Made by a program: the position numbers and the translations under genes | Assembly: GCF_006345805.1 (NCBI RefSeq) | Contig: NC_042999.1 | Coordinates: forward strand, 73,718,001-73,782,000 | DNA: 64,000 nucleotides | Direction: 5' to 3' | From: Octopus sinensis | Lineage: Eukaryota | Notes under the pieces: generated by a model | Database searches by the model: none | Seen by the model: the letters and a program-made list of their open reading frames with translations, nothing else | Told to the model about the DNA's origin: nothing | In this document: positions 1 to 12,553 of the stretch, one piece after another | How the letters are laid out: each line of letters begins with the position of its first letter | Numbering within the stretch: the first letter of the stretch is position 1

Positions 1-138
1 ATCATCATCCTCATTTAACGTCCGCTTTCCATGCTAGCATGGGTTGGACGGTTCAACTGGAGTCTAGGGAGCCCAAAGGCTGCACCAGGCCAGTCAGATC
101 TGGCAGTGTTTCTACAGCTGGATGCCCTTCCTAACGCC
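1..138 (-). mobile_element. RTE LINE 3' tail fragment
   Basis: Reverse complement of the tail at 16890-17029 (TTAGGAAGGGCATCCAGC...CCAACCCATGCTAGCA...(ATG)n). Confidence 0.85.
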
Positions 139-1042
139 ATATGTATATGAATATTTGTATATGCATGTGTATATGTGTGTGTGTGTATATATATATATAT
201 GCATGCGTACGGGTTTAAATACACATTATTAAATATAATAATGCATACACACACACACATATGTACATGCGTGTATCGATATACACTTCTTTCTTTCCTC
301 TACCCACACTATCACAATAGTCAGTAGAATAAACTCATAAGTCTTATAGAAACTTGACCATTCTTGCTATTCTTCCTTTCCAATTTGTGGTTTACTATTC
401 ACTTAAAAAAAAAACCTTGGTATACCTTTTTCTGTGCCCATTCTAACATATCACCCCACCTCACACACATTTATTACTTACATTCTTATCTCTTCCTACC
501 CCTCCCCTACTCCTCTCCCATCTGCCTTCATATCTTGACCACCAACACTCCTTTTTTCACTTTCTCTTCCTTTCCTTCTTTTCTCACCTTTTCCTTTGAC
601 CTTTCCATATTAACATACACATCTCTTCTCTCCCCTCTATCCACTTAATACTACCAATACATTCTCAAATTTTCATTCACACCACAAGACTCCTTTGAAG
701 GAACAACTCATAGAATCTATGTCTCCACACTTTCCATTTGTGATGACAAAATATGAACTCCTATTGGAATTTACACACCACGGACAGGAAGCATTTCTAC
801 CACTTCTACGCACCACTTTCTTGTATAATGGAACTGCAACTATAACATTTTTATACACTTTTATTTTTATTTCTACATTCATTCTATTTCCCTTTATATT
901 CCTTATTTGCTTCCTTTTCCAAAATAACTCCTCATACAGCACTCTAATCCCTAATATCCCAGAAACAGCTGTAAGACAAACTTTCTCTTTATAAAAGTCC
1001 TGAAAATCCCATGCAGCCTTGGTTTTGTTGTCTCATTTTATT

Positions 1043-1076
<34 letters not shown>

Positions 1077-1078
<2 letters not shown>

Positions 1079-1288
1079 CATCATCATCATTTAGCGTCCG
1101 CTTTCCATGCTAGCACGGGTTGGACAGCCAGAAGGCTGCATCAGACCCAGTCTGATCTGGCAGTGTTTCTAAGGCAGGATGCCCTTCCTAACGCCAACCA
1201 GTCCATGAGTGTAGTAGGTGCTTTTTACGTGCCACCCGCACAGGTGCCAGATGGGGCTGGCAAACGGCCACGGACGGATGGTGCTTTT

Positions 1289-1292
<4 letters not shown>
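1077..1292 (-). mobile_element. RTE LINE 3' tail with ~1.5 UTR repeat units
   Basis: (ATC)n followed by the reverse complement of ~16795-17029 (with an internal gap); lies between (CA)n and (TA)n tracts. Confidence 0.85.
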
Positions 1293-1347
<55 letters not shown>

Positions 1348-1886
1348 GCTATTGTTTAATGTCTACTTTTCCAAGCCTGCTTGATGGCGGACAAGGGTAT
1401 AATGGGGCAGAGTTTTCTATAGTTGGATCCCTTTCGAAGTGATGTAATAAGTTTATAAAGTGACAAACAGATCAGACATGTTTACACATAAATTATTCTT
1501 CATTTTAGGGTACTTACCAAATACTGAACTGGATTTTAATATTATGACCTGAAATACTCCAGTAATATAAAAGGTATGATGAAAATGCTAAGAATTTTGA
1601 ATAAATTTTAACAAATTTGCAGCTATATTTTTGTAAGTTCATGAGTGGAAACTTAAATGGAATTTAGGGATAAAATGGGATGCTTTTGAGATAAATTAAT
1701 TTGATCAAAGTTTACTATTTCCCACCATATATAAAGATAAGTCTATTGGAGAAAAACATTCCAAAATATAAGTTTGATATTTCCGGAATTATCTTATCAC
1801 TATATCTGTTTAAATACAAGGATCATACAACCTTACTTTTTTTTAGTAATTAGTAAGAAGAGAAAGGTCAGTGCCCACGAACTCTA

Positions 1887-3082
1887 CAAGGGTGGGCTGA
1901 CTATGAAAGAGTGATACTAGAGCTGCAAAATCTTGCATGCATTAATTTCAATGCTTCTTATAAACAAACTGACATGTCACTGTTCAAAGAACACTTCAAA
2001 AGTAACTAGTAGCGGCTTCTCTTGAAAATGGACAAAATTTGGCATTGTTCTGTTATCAAGTACCTGCATTCAATGACATGGTTGCTACATTAGGTGACAC
2101 TCCAGCTTAAAATGGTGCAAAAGTGAGCAGCTGAATTTAGGAGGAGAATGAAGAGTCTTGAAGATGACCCAAAGTCAGAACGTCCTGCAACAGCCAACAC
2201 CAAGGAAAACATTGTGTTCACTTCATGATGATGGATGACAAGCAATTGACTATAAATCAAACAGCCAATGCTATTAGCATACCCCATAAGAGAGTTGAGA
2301 ATATTCTGCACAATGAACTTGGTATGACAAAGGTTTCTGTTTGGTGGGTGAAACGTGTAATATCTGATCAAAAGTACACCAAGTTGATCACATCATGGAA
2401 AATTTTGACATTGCTTGAGGCAGATCCAGCTGGTTTCTTTGAACATTTTCTAACCCTGGATGAATGTTGGCTTCATCACTGAGCAAGAGACAATGTATGA
2501 TGGAAAAACCACTCCTCACCTGCTCCAAAGAAGACCATGGTCGTTTCATCTGCAGGGAAGGTGACGACCTTGGTTTTTAGGGTTGCAATAGATATGTTTA
2601 TTGACTATCTTCAAAAGGGCCATGCCATCAATGGAAAGTACTAAGACAACTTGCTGAGACAGTTACAAAAGGCTATCAAAGCCAAACGCCCAGGAAAACT
2701 GACAAAAGGAGTCTTATTTCATCAAAACAATTCTCAAGCACAAAAGTTCTTGGTTTCAATGGCTGGTGTGCGTGACTGTGAACTGGTTTATCACCCTCCC
2801 TATTCTCCTGATTTGGCCCCCATTTAACTATCATCTGTTCCCCAACATGAAAAAACACTTGGCTGGGAACCAGTTTGGCAGTAATGATGATGTCGTATTT
2901 ACTGTTGATGACATTTTTGACCAACAGGCTGAAAGATTCTTCACAAATGGGATCTAAGCACTGCAACACCAATGGAAGAAGTATATTGGCCACAAGGAGG
3001 GCTATGTTGAAAAATAAACCTTAGTTGATCACATTCCATGAGATTATCTTGATCAGCCTATAAACTTTTCAGCTGACCCTCA
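1887..3082 (+). mobile_element. Mariner DNA transposon, decayed transposase
   Basis: TA-flanked TIRs (TA|CAAGGGTGGGCTGA ... TCAGCTGACCCTCA|TA). Peptide remnants WVKR (WVPR-like), LTLDECWLHH and YSPDLAP..YHLFPNMKKHLAG, with many stops and frameshifts. Confidence 0.9.
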
Positions 3083-3699
3083 TATAGACCATCCTAAACT
3101 TATCAGATTGATGCAGTTGATTTTCAGTTTAAAGATTAGTGGAGGAGGGACAAACAATGAAAGAAATTCACAAGACTACAATTCTGGGGAGGAAAGATTG
3201 AAGCATATATGTTTAGTGGGAAGCGTGGGAATGAAGACTGTAAGGATTAGGGATGAAAAGGAGAGAAAATGATGTACATGTTCCCATTTTTAAGTTAATC
3301 TCTACAGATTCTCAATAGAATTCAGAGCTAAAAACTGAAATTTATGTGTTGTGTTTAGTATACAATGTGACTGAAGATAAAAAATAGGTAATGGGTGCAT
3401 ATGCACCCATTAATTGTTATTTCTCTTTCATCAGCAACCACATTCAACCCATCAACTATCCACAAACGCATCGCTTAAATACCCACTAAGTTTAGTGGTG
3501 TAACATTATTAGATAGACCAAGTTATATATTATACACATTCAGTTTAGTAGTGTAACAACGTAGATATTATGATACTTGCTAATTTAGACAAGTAGTGAT
3601 AGAAGAGACAGAAAGAAAAGAAACATTTGAGCCAATAATTGTAGCAACAGGTGACACATAGTTGATTAGTTGTATAGACTTCCTTGTATGTGGTATGTT

Positions 3700-4450
3700 A
3701 GTGTGAATAGAGACAGCAATCTAGCAGATACATGAACAGAATTCCAACAGGAGTAGCTACACTTAAATTTTAAAGCACATTGATGAGGACCAAAGTATTT
3801 AATGGCTCTGAAAAGGAAGCCTAATCTTTTGAATACAATGTTTTTAAGTCAGATTGTAAAGTCAAACAGCTCTTATAACTTGGAGAGCTTTAGTTAAATG
3901 TTGTTCATATATAAGAAGGTTGAAGTATAAGACTGTTTCCTTGAAACATGCAAAGAGATTAAGAAGCAACCATACTGTTGAAGAAGACTAGTTATATCAT
4001 CTGTACAGAAGTGTATGTTGCTAAAAGTAGGTCATTTTGTAAAGGTCTTCCTTTACAAAATAACCTAGGAGACATAAACTGAACCTTGAAGTAAACATGG
4101 GTTGCATACAGCCCAAGCACTGCATCTTGTAATGAAGTAGTCTAACATAAAATTTTCAATTCAAAAGATGAGAGAGAGGTGATGTCCAGCTATCATGACC
4201 TATAACTGAAGGCTTTCCTGATATCAATAGCATCAAGGCTGCTTTTGCTGATCTTCTCAAGGGCAAAAAGCTAATGACGAGTAACACAGGAGAACAAATT
4301 TCCATTAAGTCTTTATAGTAGCCACACTGGTACTCACTTTAAATGACAAGAGATACAGATGAGTCATCATGTCTGTTTCATCACCATTGAAATGATGGTA
4401 GTAGTACTTTTTAGGAGTGGGGCAGACACATCATTGCATGTTTCTATAGA
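3700..4450 (-). pseudogene. Highly decayed CR1/Jockey-group LINE reverse transcriptase
   Basis: Minus-strand motif remnants in the correct order: IDIRKAF (~4207-4230), LQGSV (~4078-4096), FCTDDI (YADD-like, ~3992-4012). Confidence 0.5.
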
Positions 4451-5478
4451 TAGACATTTACGCAAAAAGATTAAAATGTTTGGAGGATAGATCATTGTGA
4501 GACACACTATTATAGGATAATTATTGCATTCTTGTCAAGAGTGGTTTGCCTTACTGGGTTAAAATAAACAGAGAATACTATGAGGATACAAACCATTTAG
4601 TAATTGAAGCACTGAGACAGAAGTGCAAACAATCACAGAAACCTTTGATTTGATAATTAAACTTACCAAAACCAAAATTCTTCAGAAACAACCATTTTTA
4701 CTTCCAAAACCTCTTAATTTTTATCAATTGTTTTTAGAAGTAGAGCACTTAAAAACTGAAGGCCAACATTCACTGCTACTGGGCAAAGTAAAACAGAGTA
4801 TCCCCTTCCCAATTATCTCTCGCTATTATTTATCAAGCTCTTCATCTTGTGTAAGTGTGAAACAAACAATTTGTTTGGCAGATGATCTGAAAACAGTAGT
4901 GATTATCAATTCATGCTTCTAGTACATCTTTCATGCATACCAAATACTGAAGGTGATCAATCATGAAAATTTTAACGAGATACCTGCCAGTTCAATCATG
5001 CAAAATGAAGTTCACTTTCTTTGCAATCTCACCCTAAAAAATGCTTTCTTGAATGGATAACAAAATGACATGGAGATTAAATGAACATAACGACCATAAC
5101 TTAAAAGCTTTATGTGTTTACATATCAAACTTTAAATTATAAGGAATCAAATTTAGACTGATCACCTATAACATGCAATTATGAACTTATTGCTGTAATG
5201 AACTTCTTTGGAAGAAGCTGGATCAATGTCTATCTGAAAGATGCTATACTAAAATCAAAACTGCAAGAAAAAAAAAAACTGAATAACAGATAGCCCAATA
5301 TAGTACAAAGTTTATTAAACATTCAAAGATAGACTAAGATTGTGATTAGCTGCCTTTATTGTTAATGATATTAATCATCATAAACACAAACTGGACTTTT
5401 TATCTGTTGTAGTTTTGTGAAGATAAAATACTGAAGATAAAATAAGTTTTAGATAGTCACACAGTTACATCAAATTTA

Positions 5479-5755
5479 CATCATCATCATCGTTTAACGT
5501 CTGCTTTGGACAGTTTGACTGAGGACTGATGAGCCAGAGGCTGCATCAGGCTCAATCTGGTCTGGCAAAATTTCTACAGCTAGATGCTCTTCCTAACGCC
5601 AACAACTCCAAGAGTGTAGTGGGTGCTTTTTATGTGCCACCAGCACAAGGGCCAGTCAGGCGGTTCTGGCAACGATCATGCTCAAAAGGTGTTTTTACGT
5701 GCTACCTGCATGTGAGCCAGTCCAGTGGCACTGGCAACGACCATGCTCAAATGTT
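5479..5755 (-). mobile_element. RTE LINE 3' tail with ~2 UTR repeat units
   Basis: (ATC)n followed by the reverse complement of the tail and of GTGCC..GGCAC-TAAAAAGCAC units. Confidence 0.85.
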
Positions 5756-8700
5756 GTAACTTTGGTTTGGGGTTTTCTGGTTGCTTGAGGTAATGTTTAG
5801 ACAAAATGAAATGATGGGCACAGCTGACTAGAAACGGAACCTGTTTTGGAGACCGTACTTTTAGGCATCAGAAGTAAACACAGCACATACTCACACATAC
5901 ATGCAGAAATATACATATAAAGAGTGAGAGAAAGGGACAGGAAGAGATATTACAATTTATTAATCAAACACAACCGATATTAACACTTTCCCCTCTCCCC
6001 ATATATATAGAGAGGTGGGGAGACAATAAGAGAAACATTAAACTATTTGATGTTAGTATTAAATCAGTGATACCAAGTATATGGGCCCAAAGTAGCCTAT
6101 ACCAAAACATCTCATGCCCATACTTTAACATGGTTGGATACAGCTAATCTGAACAAACTCCATGATTTTTATCGCAGCCAGATTTAGTAAATCTGAATGC
6201 TAAAAAGTTATATAAAGTTAGCAAGTAACAAATAGCATCAGATAGTACCTTGTGCTTGAAAGTTGTTGATGAAAATAGCAAACATCTACAATGATGAATA
6301 ACCCAATCTGTAGCTATCGAATTATTTGAATAATCAATTCTATTTTGAATTTTGATCACAGTAAAAGTAAACCAGTTAACAGTAGCAATTGAGTGGCAAA
6401 AAAAAACAATGGTTACAAGTATTATTATTAGTTTATTTGTAAATAATTGTTGCTAATAAATCAAATAAAGAATCATAAATAAATGTGTCAATCATTAATA
6501 TCAGGGATGTCAGATTAACAATCTAACTGGAGAAAATAAACTAACAACAATTTACAAGTTAGTAATTAGAAGCAAGCCTCCACAAAAATGGGTAGATAGA
6601 ATATATAAATACATAAAAAAGTGTACAATATTTCATATTTATTTCCTCTATTCATTCTTCTGTTTATATCTTCTACTTTTCAATATAACACTTTAGTATT
6701 ATATTTTCACAAAAAAGGAATGTAGCATCTCAAGTCTCGTCAAAAGTTACCTTAAGAGTGATCATACTAAAATAATGTAACATAAGACAGAAAACAATCA
6801 TGAAGACAACCCTTCTGGTACTGGTGGCATAATAGAATATACTCAGAATATATTATTAAAGAAATAGGTACTAAGTAGAGTTCTTCAGCTGTAAAAATAT
6901 GCATCCAATCGATATCAATGGACAATATGATCACAACAACAATAATTATGTAAATGTGTACTTATGTATCAAATGTTAGCTATAGTTGAGATGAACTAAC
7001 AGTCAATCAGGTCAGCATGAAATATGTTGACATAATAGATAGTTGTTAGAGAGACTATTTCTGGCTTTGTAGCTACAATTTACAATGTCTTGAGGGAAAT
7101 ATAATTTGACTTTGCTAATAACAAAGATTTTCTTTCAGTATAACAGACAGTTGAATGACATAATAGAAGTATGCTCACTGGTTATTCAATATCAAAGTCA
7201 GTAGACAGAACTTAAGCAGATGAAAACTGGAGACAGCATGCATTGCTTTGAAGTAGTGATAATGATGCAGATGGAATGAGTTACAAAAAGTAGTCGTGTA
7301 AAAAAATTTTTTAAAAGAGTTGGCTATCAAAAGATTTATAAATTTTCATTTACAACAACCTGAAACATACATTTGATTTAAATCATCACCTTAAATCTAG
7401 TATTTAGATGAATAAGTGTGGATATTACAGAAATTCACTGACTCCGGACTATAATAAAATGTCAAAAATATCTATATTTAAAACACTTGGAAATCCTTAT
7501 AAATGAAATGAAATAAATTTATAAAGTGCAACCTAATTTATTTTTTAATTACTGGTTAAGTTATTTAGGTAACCTATATAATACAGTATTTCCTCAGACT
7601 GCATCATCTCTTAGGTCAACATACTTATGATATTAGACAAATATTCAATCAATTTTGTTGAAAGCCCACTTTTTAATTTTTGATTAAATAATATTAGTTG
7701 CAAAGAATTACCATCAAGATTATATTAAAATAAACTTTTATTTGAATTTACTTATGTAATAAAAAAACATGTCACTTCGAATTTTATTAAACAGAAAATT
7801 TAGTTTGAAAATAAAACAAACATAAGACAATAATAAACAAAAAAGCCTATAAGCAAAAAGTAAAATTTATGTCTAAATAGTGTACATCTGAATATTTAAA
7901 TTTTGCAAATATTTTCAAGGACTTTCTCTTCAGATACACAGCAGCAGTGACAATGAACTACTGATACCAAGTCTAAATAGCCATTTTGTAGTGACTCTCA
8001 GCAAGAGACATATCTGTTCACTGAACTGATGACAGATTCCAGTCCAACTTTACAATAAATGATAAAAACAGAGCTATGTGCACTTGCTCAAAATGTTCAA
8101 CTGATAGTGGTGCTGGAAAATAGATATAAAACAACCTTAACTCTTGAAGTCTAGTAATGCTTTTAGAAACTAGAGATTTTGATGAAAATATGAAAAACAT
8201 AAAAATATAACTTAGAGTTTTTACTGGTTTTCTCACTTTCACCTGCCCAGGTCAGTTGAATGCAGGTAATTTCACATATATTTACAAGATATTCATTACA
8301 GAGCATGGATTTCATATCTCAGAACTGAATTTGTACTTCAATTAATTTCTTTAACTTGAAGCTGCACAACTTTCATTAGAAAAAGCATTCTGAGTTATGC
8401 CTTCCATTTGCAGATTCTGTAAGGCCTAACAAAATCAGTAGTATTTACTCTTATTACAATAATCATGCTCTTGTCATAATCCCACCAGTATGTAGAGACC
8501 CTAAATTTCAAATATATCAATAAATTAATGTTTTATTTTTTAGTCCTTTCCATTTACTAATGAAAGCATCAAAGCCATGATCAACTATGTGATAACTCCC
8601 TTTCAGCACAGAATCAATCATATAAGTAGCTGATATGTACAGATGGCAGTGAAGTATCATGAAATTAAGTCATTAATAAATAAAGTAAATCATTAATAAA

Positions 8701-10048
8701 CCATATCCCCAATTCTAACTTGTTGTTTGGAGTATTAACCTCTCAAACACCCATTCAGCTATTGTGCCTAAAAATCAAAGGAAGAAAAAAGTTTAAGAAA
8801 TTTACTTGATAAAATGTAAAAATAAACACACAGTACAAACAAAGTATTTTGACAAGAAATCCTTTTTAAAATGAGACCACACTTCGTCTTTTCACAGAAA
8901 AGTGCTTAGTTCCTGCTTTGCAGACACAAACACCAACACTGATTGAATAGTATTTATGCACCAGGCAGGAGTTGTCAATGGTTGTGGTTACTTGCAGTAC
9001 AGGCCTTTAAGAGTTAATCTTTATAATTATCAAAATCTTATTAACCACTTTGTCAAACTCTATGAAATATATACTAAAACATTTCCTTAGACTTTAGATC
9101 TTTTTCATTGAAAACTTTATATATCCATTTAAAAAATAAAACCAGATCTCCTGAGTAAAAAAGAAAATTGCAGCAACACTATTATAACAGACAACTTGTT
9201 CAATCAGAAGGTAAAATTGTTGGAAATAATTAACAAATGCATGACAACAGCATAAAATGTGTTTTACATGACTTGCTTTAGAAAGAATCAACTAGTAATC
9301 ATCTGTCTGAAATTGATCAGTATGTTTACAAATCTATTTGGTAAGTCTAACTTTGTTGTAGGGACTGTGCCAACTTTTAGCAAATAAATATTCCAACAAT
9401 AATAGTCAACTCAATGTTGAAGACCACCTATAGTAGCCAACCTTTTCAAAAGATCCATTAAGCTGCTGATTAAGCTAAGCCAGAAAAACAAAACAATAGA
9501 GTATTGTTTCACCTTCTCAAATATATCTTGGTCATAAGTCACTGAATTACTAATGATGCTTCAGTAAAATCGTAAATTTTAATAATTATCATCCTTTGCA
9601 TTGTTTAACCAAGGGTTAGACAGGTCAATCCATCAATCTCCTTTTGTCTTCAACTAAACTTTTATTATATGTACATATATAATAAAGCCAACAGATATTT
9701 ATATAAATATAATTTCTTCTTGTTTTTTTCAGGAGTTGGTAATGAATGTGGCAATACAAACAACTTTCAGGCTCCATCAGTTTTATGGTGAAGGAAACTG
9801 AAAAATTTCAAAATCAGTCTTGAGACAATAATGTTGAGAAACCAATCAACCACTGGGTCTTTACAGTCAGATGTAGACACCAGGGTGGGATGTGGCATTC
9901 ACCAGGGTTGGGTGTGACAGACATTAAAGCAGGATGTAGTGTAAACACCAGGATGTGTGTCTGTGTAGACACTAGGATAGGATGTGGTATTTACTTTAAT
10001 TTTGGTGGACAAACAAACCAATCAACAACATACAGAATCTCCTTTTTA

Positions 10049-10094
<46 letters not shown>

Positions 10095-10122
10095 AAAATA
10101 AAAACATGCTGCCAAGGATTCA

Positions 10123-10200
10123 GCGGTACATATGTTTCGGGCCTTTATTAGACAGGTTTATAACAATGCATAATGTATGTCTGTGGCCTTCTTCAGCCGC
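10123..10200 (-). ncRNA. Type I hammerhead ribozyme motif (left arm)
   Basis: Minus strand reads GCGG-CTGAAGA-AGGCC..GGCCC-GAAAC-ATAT-GTA-CCGC: intact core, 4-bp stem I, palindromic stem III. Confidence 0.75.
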
Positions 10201-10321
10201 GCACAACAGCTTCCACAAGGACATGTGTTACATCAAAAATTCTTGGTTGGGGATGCAAATCCTCTCATTCCCCAACCAAGAATTTTTGATGTAACACATG
10301 TCCTTGTGGAAGCTGTTGTGC

Positions 10322-10399
10322 GCGGCTGAAGAAGGCCACAGACATACATTATGCATTGTAATAAATCTGTCTAATAAAGGCCCGAAACATATGTACTGC
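10322..10399 (+). ncRNA. Type I hammerhead ribozyme motif (right arm)
   Basis: GCGG-CTGAAGA(10326-32)-AGGCC..GGCCC-GAAAC(10384-88)-ATAT-GTA(10393-95)-CTGC; stem I has one G-U pair. Confidence 0.72.
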
Positions 10400-10502
10400 T
10401 GAATCCTTGGCATCATGTTTTTATTTTTGATCAATTTACTCCACCACCTACACCACCAAACGGTATACACAGGTGCTTATAATTATCAAGTACTCACCCC
10501 GA

Positions 10503-10536
<34 letters not shown>

Positions 10537-10911
10537 TACCATCAGAAATTAATTAGCACCCTTGATTTGCTCTTCACTCAAGGTATTTGCTGTCACCTAG
10601 TGGCCATATCTCGAACTATTGCTTTGTTGTGAGTTCACTGTTGTGCAGAACGATGACGTAACGTTGTTTGCAGAGCAGTTTGAGAGTCTACAGCCTAATG
10701 ATGTGGACATAGCAGTGCAACAACAACTTGGAGTGCGGATGCAGACAAATCTTCCTTTGTTTAATAGATATAGGTAGCGCCTCGCAAGGACCGAAATCAC
10801 ACCGTACTAAGTTTTCTCATTGTGTAAGACGTTTTGAACAGCTCGTAGGTTAATTGAATTGTGTATTTGCAAGATTTTTTTTCCTCACAAATTCTCCTAC
10901 ACTCTGCTTGA

Positions 10912-10926
10912 TGACGTCACTTCCGG
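10912..10926 (-). promoter_or_regulatory. Overlapping ETS-CRE composite motif in the Tc1 5' region
   Basis: TGACGTCACTTCCGG is the reverse complement of CCGGAAGTGACGTCA; it lies ~160 bp upstream of the transposase ATG. Confidence 0.5.
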
Positions 10927-11085
10927 TTCACAAAACTTTCTGTTATACATCAAATAAGGTGAGAAATTCTGCTTTCTTTCTTTTTTGCTTAATGAATAAT
11001 AACTCATAGCAGTTTTGTTATAGCATAACATTATTCAAATGAATAGTTTTAATGAAAATAACTGGTTTTTATCATTCATTCCTAG

Positions 11086-12051
11086 ATGGGCCCAGGACCT
11101 CGCATGACCTTGGAGAGACGGTACAAGGCTCTCTCGTGGCGTGGGAAGCTGTCGGAGGCTGCAATAGCCAGAAAACTTGGTGTAGCCAGGCGCACAATTC
11201 AGTGCTTATTTAAGAAATACAAGGAAACCAGATCAGCAGCTGACAAAAAGGGTAGGGGACGGAAGAGGCTGACGACCCAGCAGGAGGACCGGATGCTGAT
11301 CCGAAAGTCACTGTACAACCGAAGGGCAACGAGCCGGCAACTGGCGGAGGAGATGCAAAAGATGACAGGGAAGCAGTTGTCTACAACCACCGTCAAGACC
11401 AGATTACTGGAAGCCGCTCCTTACAGCCCAAAACCGGAAGAGGCGGCTGCTCTGGCCCCGTGCCCACAAGACATGGACCGTGCAGCAGTGGCAGACAGTG
11501 ATGTTCACTGACGAGTCGCGATTCAGTCTCGTCAGTGACAAGCCTGTCCATGTGCGATGCTGCAGGAGTGAGCGCTTCAACAAAGACTGCATTGCTCCCA
11601 CCATGAAGCATGGTGGGGGTGGTCTGATGGTGTGAGGGGCGTTCAGCTACAGTGGTGTTGGGCGGCTCTATGCCGTCGAAGGCAACATCAACGCAGCAAA
11701 GTACGTTGAGATAGTACGGGATACCTCTTTTGTGGCGAGGAGTACGTGCTCCAGCAGGACAACGCGCCTTCCCACACAGCCAAGCTCACAACCGGTTTCT
11801 TCAAGGACCATGGAGTGACGGTCATGGACTGGCCTGGCCAGTCACCTGACCTGAACCCTATTGAGAACCTCTGGAGTCGATTGGGTAGGGATTTGAATGT
11901 GCAGCAATACAGGAACCGACACGAGCTGTTTGGGGCACTTCTTGCTGCATGGAGGGCCATCCCTGCACAGTACCTGCAGGCACTCATAGACAGCATTCCG
12001 ACCTGCGTAGCAGCTGTCATTGCTGCCAAAGGAGGAGCAACAAGATATTGA
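11086..12051 (+). pseudogene. Tc1 transposase pseudogene
   Basis: HTH N-terminus with GRGRKR; catalytic motifs MFTDESRF, QQDNAPSH and SPDLNPIENLW, with 34 residues between the second D and E. Frameshifts near 11413 and ~11720; TGG>TGA stop at ~11633. Confidence 0.92.
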
Positions 12052-12209
12052 CTAAATTTCACGATTAATAACAATTATGTGGTGTGCTGGGATATGTTTT
12101 AATAAATTTTTGATTAAAAACAAGTTCGTTTCTGATAATAAGTTAATTAAATTAAGAAAATGTAAGAAAATGTAGAAATTTGAGAAGTGCTAATTAATTT
12201 CCGACGCAA

Positions 12210-12249
<40 letters not shown>

Positions 12250-12553
12250 TATATATAGATGATGGTTTGAAGTGGTGCATAGATTTTATACACTAAGAAA
12301 AAGAAGGTAGTCAGGAGTTGGATAAAAACTATTGATTTAGCGAGTTTGTCCCTTTCAGAGAGTCGTCATGAATGATTTCTTACAGGAAATTCATGTCTTT
12401 TATATGTGAGTTGCATAAAAATCTGGAGTTAATTTGGTTTACTTGGGTTTTGGAAAAAAGATGTTTTGAGAGTGGTTATTTGAAATGTTCTTTGTCATTT
12501 TGAATCTATATGTGTGTATGGTGAATTTTTAAACAATATATACAAACAATTAT

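Larger units (their letters stand above)
10091..10431. repeat. Near-perfect long inverted repeat (~165-bp arms, ~10-nt loop), probably a PLE terminal-repeat fold-back
   Basis: 10091-10255 is the reverse complement of ~10266-10431 with few mismatches. The unit is bounded by (TA)n tracts at ~10058-10089 and ~10506-10533. Confidence 0.95.
10534..12212 (+). mobile_element. Tc1-family (DD34E) DNA transposon, both ends present
   Basis: TIRs CACTACCATCAGAAATTAATTAGCAC / GTGCTAATTAATTTCCGACGCAAGTG, inserted in (TA)n. Confidence 0.95.

Noticed and set aside
364-994. Hydrophobic ORFs here, and most other 60-130-aa ORFs in the track
   Set aside because: Low-complexity or antisense-to-TE translations without domain motifs or splice support.
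1518-1548. Possible 31-nt minus-strand micro-exon (TTTCAG|...|GTAAGT)
   Set aside because: No frame resembles the expected AGFG1 continuation, the pyrimidine tract is weak, and such pairs occur by chance in 50 kb.
9870-9990. Degenerate short repeats (ACACCAGG..GGATGTG)
   Set aside because: Irregular period and low complexity; no supportable function.
9890-10470. Two opposite-strand ORFs encoding nearly the same peptide
   Set aside because: An artefact of the DNA palindrome; no recognisable protein features.
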